Positions 11,176-21,494 of a stretch of 64,000 nt of DNA are shown here, piece after piece. The number at the start of each line of letters is the position of its first letter. Within the stretch, counting starts at the first letter, position 1. A program made the translations under genes and the position numbers. Location of the stretch: the NCBI GenBank assembly GCA_963850305.1, contig CAWKKR010000004.1, positions 352,001-416,000 on the forward strand. Direction: 5' to 3'. The notes beneath the pieces were generated by a model that searched no databases, was not told where the DNA came from, and saw nothing but the letters and a program-made list of their open reading frames with translations. The stretch comes from an uncultured delta proteobacterium. Lineage in GTDB: Bacteria; Myxococcota_A; Polyangia; Polyangiales; Polyangiaceae.

Positions 11176-11844
11176 ATGCTCCGCATCGTCCGCGCATGGG
11201 TGGTCCTCGCCGCCGTGATCGTCGCGCTACCCTCGGCTTGCAGCGATTGGCCCGGGCTGAACGACAAAGAACAGAACAACACCAGCGGCGTGCCGGCGTC
11301 GGAGCCGGGCACGTGTTCGGGTTCCCCCCTCCCCTGCAGTGCCCTCGGGACGAACGACTGCGGCTCCACACCCGGGTGCACCGACGACGGCTCGTGCTCG
11401 GGCTACCCGCTGACGATCGGCGAGACCTGCGACGGGCAACCCTCGCCGCAGTCCTGCAACAGCAACCCGGGTTGCTACTGGTCGACGGACTGCACGGGAA
11501 CCCCGTACGGCACCTGCTCGGCCATCACGCAGCAAGCGTGTCTCATCGCGCCGGGTTGCACGTGGACGCCGGCCAACGCCGCGGGCGCGGGTGGCGCCAC
11601 GAGCATCGGAATCACGACGGGGGTCGCGTGCAACACGTACGGTCAGGCGTGCGGCTCGAGCGACGAGTGCGATTGCAACTTCGTGTGTCTGCTCCAGTGC
11701 CCGACGTGCGGACACGTCTGTGGCCACCCCTGCACCACCGACGCGGACTGCACGACGTCCACCGGCTACCTCGGCGTCGCAACGCCGCATTGCTCGCCCG
11801 GCGCGAATCTCGGACCCCCTTACACGGGCGTCTGCACGACGTAG
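11176..11844 (+). CDS. Cys-rich lipoprotein
   Basis: LPSAC lipobox; repeated CxxxPGCxW units. Confidence 0.75.
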   Translation: MLRIVRAWVVLAAVIVALPSACSDWPGLNDKEQNNTSGVPASEPGTCSGSPLPCSALGTNDCGSTPGCTDDGSCSGYPLTIGETCDGQPSPQSCNSNPGCYWSTDCTGTPYGTCSAITQQACLIAPGCTWTPANAAGAGGATSIGITTGVACNTYGQACGSSDECDCNFVCLLQCPTCGHVCGHPCTTDADCTTSTGYLGVATPHCSPGANLGPPYTGVCTT

Positions 11845-11920
11845 CGCGCCTCGCGGAGGACCACCTCGGCGCTTCGTGGGTGTGTCGAACGGGGGGCGGT
11901 TGGGGTATTAGGCGACGCTG

Positions 11921-12871
11921 ATGCTTCGCTTTACTTCCGTGGGTCTTCTTTGTGTGGTCGGCTGCGGAGGGAGCGCGAAGGTGACGGCGCCTCCGGAGGC
12001 TCCGGCTGCGGAATCGACGGTGACGTCTCGGCCCGCCCTCGAGACTGCTCCGACGATTGCGCCGGTGGATGATTCGGAGTCGATACCGGAGTCGATGGTG
12101 CAGGTGTCGCTCGAGCCGCTGGTCACGGGGATTCACCCCGGCGGGCACTTCGCCATCGCCGCTCACTTCCGGATCGCGAAGGGGTATCGCATCGGGTGGA
12201 AGTTCCCGGGCGAGGTCGGGTCCGCGACGACGGTGACTTTCCACGCTCCACCCGGCTTCGAGGTAGGACCCTCGGAGTTCCCTGCACCGGAGCGGTATAC
12301 GGCCCAAGGCAACTACGTCGGGTTCGGCTACGAGAACGAGACGGCGGTGTTCGCCGAGATCACCGCCAAGCGCGGCCTCCGGAGCGATGAGGTGAGTCGT
12401 TTCGACATGGACGCCAGCTGGGTCGCCTGCAGGAAGGAGTGCGCGAGCGAGCGTACGTCGGCCTTCGTGGAGCTCGCGACGACCTACGGCGCGGCGCGCG
12501 CCGCAGATGTCGAGAAATCGCTGGCTCCCTTTCGCGCGCGCGTGCCTGCACCCTTCGCGAGCTCGAAAGAGGGGACCCAGGAATGGAGCGTGGGTGATCG
12601 CGACGCGACGCTGGTCGCCAGGCTTCCCGGCGCGACGGTACGGGACTTCTTCCCGGACGGCACGGCCCACCCGGAGCCGTCGAAGATCGCACCGGGAGAC
12701 GGCGAGCTTCGCTTCACCTACGACGAAACGCCGAAACCCGGGTCGCGCCCACTCCGCGGCGTGATCGCTGCAAACGAGGCCGGCAGCGACGTCTTCTATG
12801 ACTTCGAAGCCGAACTCCCAGGCGAGAAAAGGCCGGCCTCGCCGCCCGCGGTCGAGAAAAAGCACCGCTAG
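11921..12871 (+). CDS. Lipoprotein with DsbD N-terminal (Ig-like, CxxxC) domain
   Basis: VVGC lipobox; FRIAKGYRIGWKFPGEVG, FPAPERY, FGYENE and WVACRKEC match DsbD-alpha/DsbC-type domains. Confidence 0.7.
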   Translation: MLRFTSVGLLCVVGCGGSAKVTAPPEAPAAESTVTSRPALETAPTIAPVDDSESIPESMVQVSLEPLVTGIHPGGHFAIAAHFRIAKGYRIGWKFPGEVGSATTVTFHAPPGFEVGPSEFPAPERYTAQGNYVGFGYENETAVFAEITAKRGLRSDEVSRFDMDASWVACRKECASERTSAFVELATTYGAARAADVEKSLAPFRARVPAPFASSKEGTQEWSVGDRDATLVARLPGATVRDFFPDGTAHPEPSKIAPGDGELRFTYDETPKPGSRPLRGVIAANEAGSDVFYDFEAELPGEKRPASPPAVEKKHR

Positions 12872-12928
12872 ACCGAGCGAGGACCGAGCGTCGCCCGGCC
12901 GCGCCCGCTAGACTGCTGGTGAGCATAC

Positions 12929-13564
12929 GTGTTCGTCACGTTGATGGTCATCGGGTTGGTCGGTCTCGCGGCGATGGCGCTTCCCGCCATGGGAAAGCAC
13001 CACGGCGCGCTCTTCGGTCGCGGAGCGCACCACGCGGCGCCGGGGCCGGGTCTGCGCGCGGTCCGCGGGCTCGCGCCACACAGGGCCGGCGCCGCACGTG
13101 CGCGGTCGGAGCTCGTCCCCGCGGACGCGGGGGAAGGAAGCCTCCTGCGCTTCGTTCCTTCCCCGCGAGCGATCTTCAGCGTGCTCGCCCTCTTCGGCGC
13201 GTTCGGCAATGCCGGGGTCAAGGCGTTTCATCTGCCGGGACCGATCGCAGCACCCCTGGCGCTGGTGCCGGCGCTCCTCGTCGAGTGGGTGTTGGTGAGA
13301 CCGCTCTGGAACATGCTATTCCGCCTTCACGCGGATCCGAGCTCCCCACTCGATCAGCTCGTCCTGGCCGAGGCGCGCGCCGAGGTCCCCTTTCGCAACG
13401 GCAAGGGCATCGTCTCCACGGTGCACGACGGCAGGCGCGTGCAGCTCGCAGCCGAGCTGCGGAAGGACCAGGAGACCCTCGCAGTGCGGGTCGGCGACCG
13501 CCTGATCATCGAGGCGGTCGACCGCGCACGCGAACGCGTCACGGTGTCCATTGCCTGGAATTGA
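12929..13564 (+). CDS. NfeD/YqiJ-like membrane protein (flotillin partner)
   Basis: Hydrophobic N-terminal segments, C-terminal OB-fold-like region, immediately upstream of an SPFH gene. Confidence 0.65.
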   Translation: MFVTLMVIGLVGLAAMALPAMGKHHGALFGRGAHHAAPGPGLRAVRGLAPHRAGAARARSELVPADAGEGSLLRFVPSPRAIFSVLALFGAFGNAGVKAFHLPGPIAAPLALVPALLVEWVLVRPLWNMLFRLHADPSSPLDQLVLAEARAEVPFRNGKGIVSTVHDGRRVQLAAELRKDQETLAVRVGDRLIIEAVDRARERVTVSIAWN

Positions 13565-13627
13565 CCTTCCCGGAGATGCCGCGACGACGCGGTAGCTAGT
13601 CTCGACGGGTAGGAGTAGAGCGGGGGC

Positions 13628-14932
13628 ATGATTGAACCTTCGCTGATCATCGCGGGCGCGGTCGTCGTCATCGTCCTCGTACTGACGTCGCTCATCATCA
13701 CGACGTTCCTCAGGAGCGTGGACGCGGGCGAGATCCTTCTCGCGAGCCGTGGTCGCAATCTGAAGATCTACCGCGGCCCGAGCAAGGCGCTCATCGTGCC
13801 GGTGATCACGCAGGTCCGCTTCATCCCGGCACAGGCCATCAACGTCGACATCGAGATCACCGACCAGACCGCCGACATCGACGGCTCGGGGCGCTCGGCC
13901 CCCGTCAAGGTCACGGTGCGCGCATCGGCCATCGTCAGCGTGGGCGAGGACGAGGCGATGGTGAATACCGCCGCCAACAAGTTCTTCTCCAAGTCGGGCG
14001 GAGAGCAACTGTCGACCTTGACGGACGTGCTGTCGTCCGCGGGCCGGCGAGCCATCAATCTGCTCAAGCACGATCAGCTCTTCAACGCCCGCTCCGGCGC
14101 CGCGGCGCCGACTCCCACGCTCGCGACGACGGGGCGTGCCGATCTCACCGTGCCCCGGGGCGAAGACGACGAGCTCGCGGTGATCATCAAGGATGCCTGT
14201 TCACGCGAGCTGATGGACCTCGGGCTGTCCTTCAACAGCCTCAACATCAAGGCCGTGCTCAGCGAGGTCGCCGAAGCGCGGAGGCGCGAATCCGCAGCGC
14301 GCGCCAAAGCCGATGCGGACGTCGTGCAAGCGCAGGAGGAACAGCGCGCCCGCATCGCGCAGCTCGAAGCTGCTCAGAAGATCAATGACCAGGAGAAGGC
14401 GCTGAACATGCAGATCGCCTCCAACGGGGCGTCGATTGCCCGCGCCGAAGCCGAAAAGCAGGCCGCGGTGCGCCAGAAGCGCGAGGCCGAGCTCGGCGCC
14501 AACCAGATCACCCAGGCGCGTGCGGACGCCGAGCAGAACGTCATCCAGCAAGAGGCGGAGGGCCGCGCGCAGGCCGCCCGCATTCGAGCGATCGCCCAGG
14601 CCGAAGCCGAGGCGATTCGGATGAAAGCAGTGGCGCTGGCCGAGGCCGGCGGCGTGTATCTCGACCTGAAGAAGCTCGAGCTGGCTCCGGAGCTCACGGC
14701 GCAGATCGCCGCCGCGCTCTCGAGCAGCCAGTTCGTCAACTTCGGCACGACGGGCGGCGCTGGCGGCGACCACGGAGCCGTCAGCTCCGGCACCGACGAC
14801 GTGCTGCGCGTCGTCCAGACGCTGATGGCCGCAAAGGTCATCACGGGCACGGGACTCGGCGGCAACAACGACGCGCCGCAGCCGGCTACGCCGGCCGCAA
14901 ACCCCCCTGCACCTCCAGCCCGACGCGGCTGA
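13628..14932 (+). CDS. SPFH/flotillin family protein
   Basis: N-terminal TM, SPFH domain, Ala/Glu-rich coiled coil (AQAEAEAIRMKA). Confidence 0.85.
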   Translation: MIEPSLIIAGAVVVIVLVLTSLIITTFLRSVDAGEILLASRGRNLKIYRGPSKALIVPVITQVRFIPAQAINVDIEITDQTADIDGSGRSAPVKVTVRASAIVSVGEDEAMVNTAANKFFSKSGGEQLSTLTDVLSSAGRRAINLLKHDQLFNARSGAAAPTPTLATTGRADLTVPRGEDDELAVIIKDACSRELMDLGLSFNSLNIKAVLSEVAEARRRESAARAKADADVVQAQEEQRARIAQLEAAQKINDQEKALNMQIASNGASIARAEAEKQAAVRQKREAELGANQITQARADAEQNVIQQEAEGRAQAARIRAIAQAEAEAIRMKAVALAEAGGVYLDLKKLELAPELTAQIAAALSSSQFVNFGTTGGAGGDHGAVSSGTDDVLRVVQTLMAAKVITGTGLGGNNDAPQPATPAANPPAPPARRG

Positions 14933-16780
14933 TCAATCCCCGAAGAGCTCCATGCCCTCGGCGAGGACCTCGGCCATGTGCGCCTTGGTTATGACGCCGA
15001 GGATCTCGGGGGTTTCCGGGGGCCCGGTCGACGGCTCTCCGACGACGACGGCGAGCCGCGCGCCGGCGGCGGCCATCTGGATCAACACCTCCGCCACCGT
15101 GTCTTCCGCGGACACCGTCACGAAGTCGCTCCGCGCGACGTCGGCGGCCAGACGCGCCGCCCGAATTGCGTCGAGGTGCTCGAAGCTCCAATCGCGCGGA
15201 ATGATTCCTTTGACGTCCCCCGGTCCGACCAGAACGAAACAGCTCGGGGCGTCCGGGTCCGACCCGAACACGATCTGCGACGCGGGCGCGTCGGGGCCGA
15301 GAACGACGGCGCGTTCGAGGACCATATCGGACACATGATGCACGAGCCCGGCATTCGCCTGAAGCGCCTGGGGGGCGTAATGGCCACGACGGGTCAGCTT
15401 CATCGTGTAGATGCTGTCGGCCCAGAGCGCGCGGCGCAGGCCGTAGGCCAGCGCGACCGTCAACGTCATGGGGAGCACCACGGAGTAGTCGCGCGTCATC
15501 TCGAAAATCATGACGATCGACGTGAGCGCAGCACCCGTCGCGCCCGCCACGACACCAGCCATGCCTGCGAGCGCGAAGGCCGCCGGATCGATGTCGAGCT
15601 GGGGGATCAGCGCGTGAACGGCGAGGCCGAAGGCGCCGCCGATGGTCGCTCCCATGAAGAGCGACGGCGAAAAGACTCCACCGGACGCACCGGAGCCGAG
15701 CGTGAGACACGTCACGAGTAGCTTCAGCGCGAACAAGCAGAGAAGAAACGGTACGCTCGATATGGCCCCGGAAAGGACGTCGAGGATCGTCGCATAGCCG
15801 ACCCCTTGAACGTAATAGTGACCGGCGAAGTGCATCAGCGCGACGGCGACGATGCCGACGCCGAGCATGCCCGCGAAGTGACGCAGGTAAGGCCTGCCCG
15901 GAATCCACTTCTCGAACCCGTCCTCTGCGCCATAAAGGCCTCGTATGAAGAGGACGGACACGGGCGCGAGGATGCAGCCGAGCAGAACGTAGAGCGGGAG
16001 AAGGGTAACCTGAGCCGCGGCCGGTGCCGTCAGCGCGGGGACCTCGAACGCCGGATGGCTGCCGAGGAGGAACTGGCCCACGTACGTCGCGGTGGCGGTG
16101 GCGAGCGCCACGGGAACGAGGGTCCGCACGCTGACCTCGTGCATGAGGACCTCGACGGCAAAGAGGACGCCGCCGATCGGAGTGTTGAACGTCGCAGCGA
16201 TGCCGGCCCCGCCGCCCGCGGCGACGAGCGTGACGAGTTGCCAGCGCGACGCGCCGGCGTATCTGCCGACCGACGACGCGAACGCGGCCCCTATCTGGAT
16301 GATCGGCCCCTCTCGCCCGACCGAGCCTCCGCTGCCGATTGAAATCGCCGACGCGAAGGATTTGACGACCGCCACGACGGGGCGGATGACGCCCTTCTGA
16401 TAATAGATGGCGTCGATGACTTCCGGGACGCCATGGCCCTTCGCTTCCGGGGCGAACTTCTTGACGAGAAAGACGACGGCAAGGGCGGCGAGCGACGGGA
16501 CCAGGACGACGGCGAGCCCCCACGGCGCGGCCGGCGTATGGGCGTTGGCATCGTAGAAAAACGAGAAGCGGCCGAGAAAGAGCAGATTGTGAAAGAACGC
16601 GATCAGCGCCCGAAAGCCGAACGCGCCGCAGCCGGCGACGATACCCAGCGCGACCGCGAGCAGCGCGAACCGAGCGGAGCCAATCCCCTTGCGAGCGGTG
16701 CTCAATCGCTGCGGGGGGCGCGACGAACCCCCCGCAGCACCCACCTTGAGCTGGGTGACGGTCGTGGCCGGTACGGGCAT
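14933..16780 (-). CDS. ClC chloride channel/H+-Cl- antiporter with CBS-like tail
   Basis: GHGVPEV, GSVGREGP, GASGGVFSP and SIYT ClC signatures. Confidence 0.93.
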   Translation of the reverse strand: MPVPATTVTQLKVGAAGGSSRPPQRLSTARKGIGSARFALLAVALGIVAGCGAFGFRALIAFFHNLLFLGRFSFFYDANAHTPAAPWGLAVVLVPSLAALAVVFLVKKFAPEAKGHGVPEVIDAIYYQKGVIRPVVAVVKSFASAISIGSGGSVGREGPIIQIGAAFASSVGRYAGASRWQLVTLVAAGGGAGIAATFNTPIGGVLFAVEVLMHEVSVRTLVPVALATATATYVGQFLLGSHPAFEVPALTAPAAAQVTLLPLYVLLGCILAPVSVLFIRGLYGAEDGFEKWIPGRPYLRHFAGMLGVGIVAVALMHFAGHYYVQGVGYATILDVLSGAISSVPFLLCLFALKLLVTCLTLGSGASGGVFSPSLFMGATIGGAFGLAVHALIPQLDIDPAAFALAGMAGVVAGATGAALTSIVMIFEMTRDYSVVLPMTLTVALAYGLRRALWADSIYTMKLTRRGHYAPQALQANAGLVHHVSDMVLERAVVLGPDAPASQIVFGSDPDAPSCFVLVGPGDVKGIIPRDWSFEHLDAIRAARLAADVARSDFVTVSAEDTVAEVLIQMAAAGARLAVVVGEPSTGPPETPEILGVITKAHMAEVLAEGMELFGD

Positions 16781-16805
16781 CGGGGTCGCGCGCGGAGTGG
16801 GCGCG

Positions 16806-17426
16806 CTAGACGCGGATCAGGAGGCTGTCGCTCGCGTTCGCCTCGACGTTGCGGTCCACGTAGTGATGCGTATGCCGGCGGCCGTGACGCCCGCTGTGCT
16901 CTTCGCACCACAGCTCCTTGCCGCCGCTCGCACGCCTCGCCTCGACGCACTGCGGACATGGGGGAGCGATGGCGGGCACGGCCGTGTCGACCGCGTCCGC
17001 ATGAGGGATGACGAGGATCGGGGTCGAACACAGGCGCACCAGCCGTTCGGCGACCGAGCCCAGGAGGATGCGCTTGACGCCGTTGCGACCGTGGGTACCC
17101 ACGACGACCACTTCCGCGTTGAGGTCCGCCGCGAGCTCGACAATCTCGTTCGCGGGGCGACCGGCGACGATGTGAAGGACAATCGTGCTCATCTTGGACG
17201 CCGGATGGGACTCCATCCAGAACTTCAGCTGATTGCCCACGAACTCGCGCAGCCGTGGATCCTCGTTCTCGCCGACCAGATTGCTATCCGAAACGCGGTC
17301 GGAAGGATCGAGGACGTGCACGGCGTGAAGTTCGCCGGACCGCGCTTCCGCATAGTCGAACGCCCGGAGTAGCGCAGTCGACGAAGGCTCGGAATAGTCG
17401 ACACCGACGAGGATGATGGGGGACAT
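16806..17426 (-). CDS. Universal stress protein with Cys/His-rich C-terminal extension
   Basis: ILVGVDYS and VVGTHGRNGVKRILLGSVAE; AGGAG RBS. Confidence 0.9.
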   Translation of the reverse strand: MSPIILVGVDYSEPSSTALLRAFDYAEARSGELHAVHVLDPSDRVSDSNLVGENEDPRLREFVGNQLKFWMESHPASKMSTIVLHIVAGRPANEIVELAADLNAEVVVVGTHGRNGVKRILLGSVAERLVRLCSTPILVIPHADAVDTAVPAIAPPCPQCVEARRASGGKELWCEEHSGRHGRRHTHHYVDRNVEANASDSLLIRV

Positions 17427-17497
17427 GTTGAGATACTCCTTTTAACTTCGAAGTGGGAAGAGGCAGCGCTCGAATCGAGCCCTGCCAGCCGAAAATG

Positions 17498-18319
17498 TCA
17501 GACGAAGAAGTCAGGCGCGAGCTCACCGCCAGGGACGCATGAATATTGCTCCAGGTCCGTGACGCCCGCCGAGCGCAATGTCTCGTCGTCCACGCAGAAG
17601 TTGCCGGAGAACGAGCGGCTCGGGCGGGTCAGGATGACGTACGCCGCGTCGGCCATGATCTCCGGTTTCCTCGATCTCCTCATCGCCTCGTCGCCGCCGA
17701 GGAGATTCTTCACGGCTGCAGTCGCGATGACGGTGCGTGGCCAGAGCGCATTCACGGCGATGCCGTCGCTCTTGAACTCCTCCGCATGCCCGAGGACGCA
17801 CAGGCTCATGCCGTACTTCGCGAGGCTGTAAGCCGTGTGCGGCCCGAACCAGCGCGGTTCCAGGTTGAGCGGCGGCGAGAGCGTGAGCACGTGCGGGTTT
17901 TCCGCGCGCTTCAGGAACGGGTAGCACGCTTGAGTGCACGCATACGTACCGCGCGTGTTGATCTGATGCATGAGATCGAAGCGCTTCATCGGCGTGTCCG
18001 GAGTGCGCGTGAGCTGGATGGCACTCGCGTTGTTCACGAGGATGTCGATGCCGCCGAAGGTCTCGACCGTGCGCTTCACGGCGCTCGCCACCTGGTCCTC
18101 GAAACGAATGTCCGTGACGCACGCCAGTGCCTTGCCCCCTGCCTTTTCGATCTCCTCGCAGGCCGTGTAGACGGTGCCCGGCAGCTTCGGGTGGGGCTCG
18201 GCCGTCTTCGCCACCACGGCGACGTTGGCCCCGTCCTTCGCGGCTCGGAGCGCGATCGCGAGCCCGATGCCGCGACTCGCTCCGGTGATGAAGAGTGTCT
18301 TGCCTTCGAGTGTCGCCAT
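17498..18319 (-). CDS. Short-chain dehydrogenase/reductase (HSDL2-like)
   Basis: ITGASRGIG, KTAEPHPKLPGT, NNASAI, YSLAK and NALWP; start at ATG 18319. Confidence 0.92.
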   Translation of the reverse strand: MATLEGKTLFITGASRGIGLAIALRAAKDGANVAVVAKTAEPHPKLPGTVYTACEEIEKAGGKALACVTDIRFEDQVASAVKRTVETFGGIDILVNNASAIQLTRTPDTPMKRFDLMHQINTRGTYACTQACYPFLKRAENPHVLTLSPPLNLEPRWFGPHTAYSLAKYGMSLCVLGHAEEFKSDGIAVNALWPRTVIATAAVKNLLGGDEAMRRSRKPEIMADAAYVILTRPSRSFSGNFCVDDETLRSAGVTDLEQYSCVPGGELAPDFFV

Positions 18320-18394
18320 GTGCCGAGGTTCCTCCGGGCGGTGGGTCAGCGGACCAGACCGCGCGGAACCTAACATGGTAGCGTCCGGTCTCGC

Positions 18395-19921
18395 GTGCTC
18401 GGATCGTCGCCCCGGAGATCGAGCGACCGCGGAGAGGGCTTTCCGATCGCGGAATACGTTTCCGTCGCGATCGTCGCGCTCGCGTACTTCACGATCGTCG
18501 CCAGGCTTCGCATCGTCGACGACGACGAGGGGTTTTACGCGCTCGCCGGTCGCGCGTGGATGGGCGGGCGAGCTCCCTACCGCGACTTCTTCTTTCCACA
18601 GATGCCGCTCAGCGCAGCGTTCTACGGCGTGGCACGCGCCCTGCTCGGTGCCGGCCTCGCGCGACTCCGGCTTCTCGACGCCGTCTGCGCGGCGGGAACG
18701 ACGCTCTGCGTCCACCACGCCGCGCGGCGAGCCGATGGCCGCCTCGCGGGAATCCTCGCTGCGACGCTCTTCGCCGCGCACACGCTCGTGTGGGAGTGGG
18801 CCACGACGGTGAAGACGTTCCCGCTCGGGCTCCTGTGCGGCACCGCGGCGCTCGTCGTCGCGACGCACCCGCGCCTGACGCGGACACGTGCCTTCGTCGC
18901 CGGAGCCCTGGCCGGCGCGACGGTGGCGGCGCGCGCTCTCTCCTTGCCGATTGCCGTGGTTGCGCTCGCCGCGCTCGCGAAGGACGGCGAAGCGTCCGGG
19001 CCGCGCGGGAAGAGAATCGCAGCCGGGCTCGGCGGATTCACGCTGGGACTCGCGCCAGCCCTCGCGCTCGCGGCGCTCGATCCCCGGGCGTTCTGGTTCG
19101 ACAACGTGACTTACCATGCGCTCCGGAGCCCCGGCATCGGCCTGGTCAAGGACGCGGCGCAGAAGCTCGACGCGGCGCGGGCGGTCTTTCTCTCGCCGTG
19201 GGGAGCATGGCGCCCGGACGCGACCGGCGTGCAGACGACGGCACTGCTCGTTGCCGTCGCGATGGCCATCGGTTCGCGCGCGCACGGACTGGACGCCCGA
19301 GCGCGCGCGCGGCTCGTGCCGTTCGCCGTTGCGACCTTCGCCACGGTCGCAACGGCATTTCTGCCCTCGCCGGTCTGGGTCCAGTACTTCGCTGCCGCCG
19401 TCGCACCGGCGAGCATCGTCGCAGGGTGCTGGCTCGCGTCGCGTCGCGGTCTTCGGCGCGTCGCGACCGGCGCCATCGTCGCTTACGTCGTGGTCATGAT
19501 TCCGTCGTGGCGGGATCGCCTCGTCGTTCAGCCCCCTGCCCTGCGCTCGTCCGCGGTGGATGCCGTCGGCGTCGCGCTGGATGCCCTGACGAACGCTGGA
19601 GACCGCGTCGCGGCGCACTGGCCGAGCTACCTCGTCGCGTCGAAGCGGTGGCCGATCGACGCCTCGCTGAACCAGTTCGCCCGCCTCTATTCCGACCGCG
19701 TTCCCGAAGCGGACCGTCGGAGATATCACCTTTACACGGAGGCGGAATTTCGCGCGGAGCTCCTCGGCGGCGAGGCCAGAGCTTTCGTCGTGGGCAGCTT
19801 CGTCGTGCCGGCGACCGCGAGCGCACTTTCCCGTGCGGGGTTCCGTCGATTGGTCGATCTTCCCGGCGCAAGCGTGTGGCTTGCTCCACGAACCGGGCCG
19901 GAAAACCCGAGCGGGGAATGA
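18395..19921 (+). CDS. GT-C fold membrane glycosyltransferase (ArnT/PMT-like)
   Basis: DDDEGFY after first TM, PYRDFF, about 10 hydrophobic segments. Confidence 0.75.
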   Translation: MLGSSPRRSSDRGEGFPIAEYVSVAIVALAYFTIVARLRIVDDDEGFYALAGRAWMGGRAPYRDFFFPQMPLSAAFYGVARALLGAGLARLRLLDAVCAAGTTLCVHHAARRADGRLAGILAATLFAAHTLVWEWATTVKTFPLGLLCGTAALVVATHPRLTRTRAFVAGALAGATVAARALSLPIAVVALAALAKDGEASGPRGKRIAAGLGGFTLGLAPALALAALDPRAFWFDNVTYHALRSPGIGLVKDAAQKLDAARAVFLSPWGAWRPDATGVQTTALLVAVAMAIGSRAHGLDARARARLVPFAVATFATVATAFLPSPVWVQYFAAAVAPASIVAGCWLASRRGLRRVATGAIVAYVVVMIPSWRDRLVVQPPALRSSAVDAVGVALDALTNAGDRVAAHWPSYLVASKRWPIDASLNQFARLYSDRVPEADRRRYHLYTEAEFRAELLGGEARAFVVGSFVVPATASALSRAGFRRLVDLPGASVWLAPRTGPENPSGE

Positions 19922-20072
19922 CCGGACGAGAGCCGGACCGCGCGGAGTGCGCGGGCCCGGAAGGAAAAAAGCGCGCCCCTTTTGGGTAGGACGCCGGGCA
20001 TGATACGCTGACCGGTGACCGCGGCGACCGCGAGGGCGTCGATCGGTTCGCTGATTCCGTTTTACTTTCGCC

Positions 20073-21494
20073 ATGAACGACGACCCCTCCGCCCTTGAGC
20101 CAGGCTCGGTACTCGCGGGCAGGTTCCGCGTCGTGCGCTGCATGGGCGTCGGCGGGATGGGCGCCGTCTACGAGATCGAGCACGAGCTCACCAAGCACCG
20201 TCGAGCGCTGAAGTTGCTTCATGCCTCCATGGCGGCGATTCCGGGCGTCGTCGAGCGCTTCTTGAGGGAAGCCTCGGCGGCCGGCCGCGTAGGCAATCCG
20301 CACATCGTGGAGAGCTTCGACGCCGGCACGCTCGACACCGGTGAGCCGTACCTGGTCATGGAGATGCTGCGCGGCGAGACTCTCGCGAGCTGCATCGAGC
20401 GGGGGCCCATGCCCATCGCGGAGGTCGTCGACCTTATCGGTCAGGCCGCCGCGGGGGTGCACGCGGCCCACGAAGCCGGCATCGTGCATCGCGATCTCAA
20501 GCCGGACAATCTCTTCGTCGTGGACGTCGAGGGGCGTCCATTCGTCAAGATTCTCGACTTCGGGATCTCCAAGTTCGATCCGGGCAAGACCGGCGGCATG
20601 GCGCTCACCCAGGAAGGCGCCGCGCTCGGCACGCCCTACTACATGTCCCCCGAGCAGATCCGCGGCGAGGCGAACCTGGACGCGCGCACCGACGTCTACG
20701 CACTTGGAGTGATTCTCTACGAGTGCGTGGCGGGGTTTCGGCCGTTCGAGGCCGACGCGCTCACGCAGCTCGCGGTGCTCATCCACACCGGAAAACCAAA
20801 GCCGCTCTCGGAAATCCGCTCGGATCTGCCGCCCGGATTCTCCGACCTCGTCGCGATGGCGATGGCGACGGACCGCGAGCAGCGAATCCAGAGCGCCCGT
20901 GGACTGCGAGCCGAACTCGAAAAGTTCGGCTCGATCTCGTTCCGCGGCACGACGGGAACCGGACCGTCGCCCTCCATGGCGATGGCCCCGCCGACCGCGC
21001 CAGCGCGCTCGCTCGCTACGAGCGCGGCAGCCGTGTCCGTGCGCCCGGTCACGCCCGTTCCACCTCGGAAAAAATCTCAGGGGGTCCCCATCGCCGCAGG
21101 CTTCGGCATCCTTGCGGCAGCGGCGATTGGCGCGGTGATGTTCCATCGCTCGAGCACGACGCCGAGCGCCGACACCCCCCCAGCGCCCTCGGTGGTCGCT
21201 CCGGTGGCCGCTGTCGCGCCGCCGCCGGTTGACACGACCCCCGTCGAACCCGTGGCCGCTCCGGCGCCCGCACCCTCCGTCGCTCGCCCGGCGCCGAGCG
21301 CAGCGACGCATCTCGCGCTCGCGAAGGGGCCCTCTGCTCACGCCCCGTCGCCGGTCGTCTCGCCGACTCTCGCACCGCCGGCACCTCCCGTGGTAATCGC
21401 CCCCCCCGCCGTTCCGGGTCCAGCCCCTGCTCCGGAACACAAGGCCCGCCGCGCGGACACGGAGGGGCTCGCGAAGGACAATCCATTTAAATGA
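20073..21494 (+). CDS. Ser/Thr protein kinase with TM and Pro-rich tail
   Basis: GVGGMGAVY, ALK, HRDLKPDN, DFG, GTPYYMSPEQ; C-terminal DNPF. Confidence 0.95.
   Translation: MNDDPSALEPGSVLAGRFRVVRCMGVGGMGAVYEIEHELTKHRRALKLLHASMAAIPGVVERFLREASAAGRVGNPHIVESFDAGTLDTGEPYLVMEMLRGETLASCIERGPMPIAEVVDLIGQAAAGVHAAHEAGIVHRDLKPDNLFVVDVEGRPFVKILDFGISKFDPGKTGGMALTQEGAALGTPYYMSPEQIRGEANLDARTDVYALGVILYECVAGFRPFEADALTQLAVLIHTGKPKPLSEIRSDLPPGFSDLVAMAMATDREQRIQSARGLRAELEKFGSISFRGTTGTGPSPSMAMAPPTAPARSLATSAAAVSVRPVTPVPPRKKSQGVPIAAGFGILAAAAIGAVMFHRSSTTPSADTPPAPSVVAPVAAVAPPPVDTTPVEPVAAPAPAPSVARPAPSAATHLALAKGPSAHAPSPVVSPTLAPPAPPVVIAPPAVPGPAPAPEHKARRADTEGLAKDNPFK

Noticed and set aside
12929..14932. NfeD-like plus flotillin pair as a novel system
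   Set aside because: A widespread, known operon.
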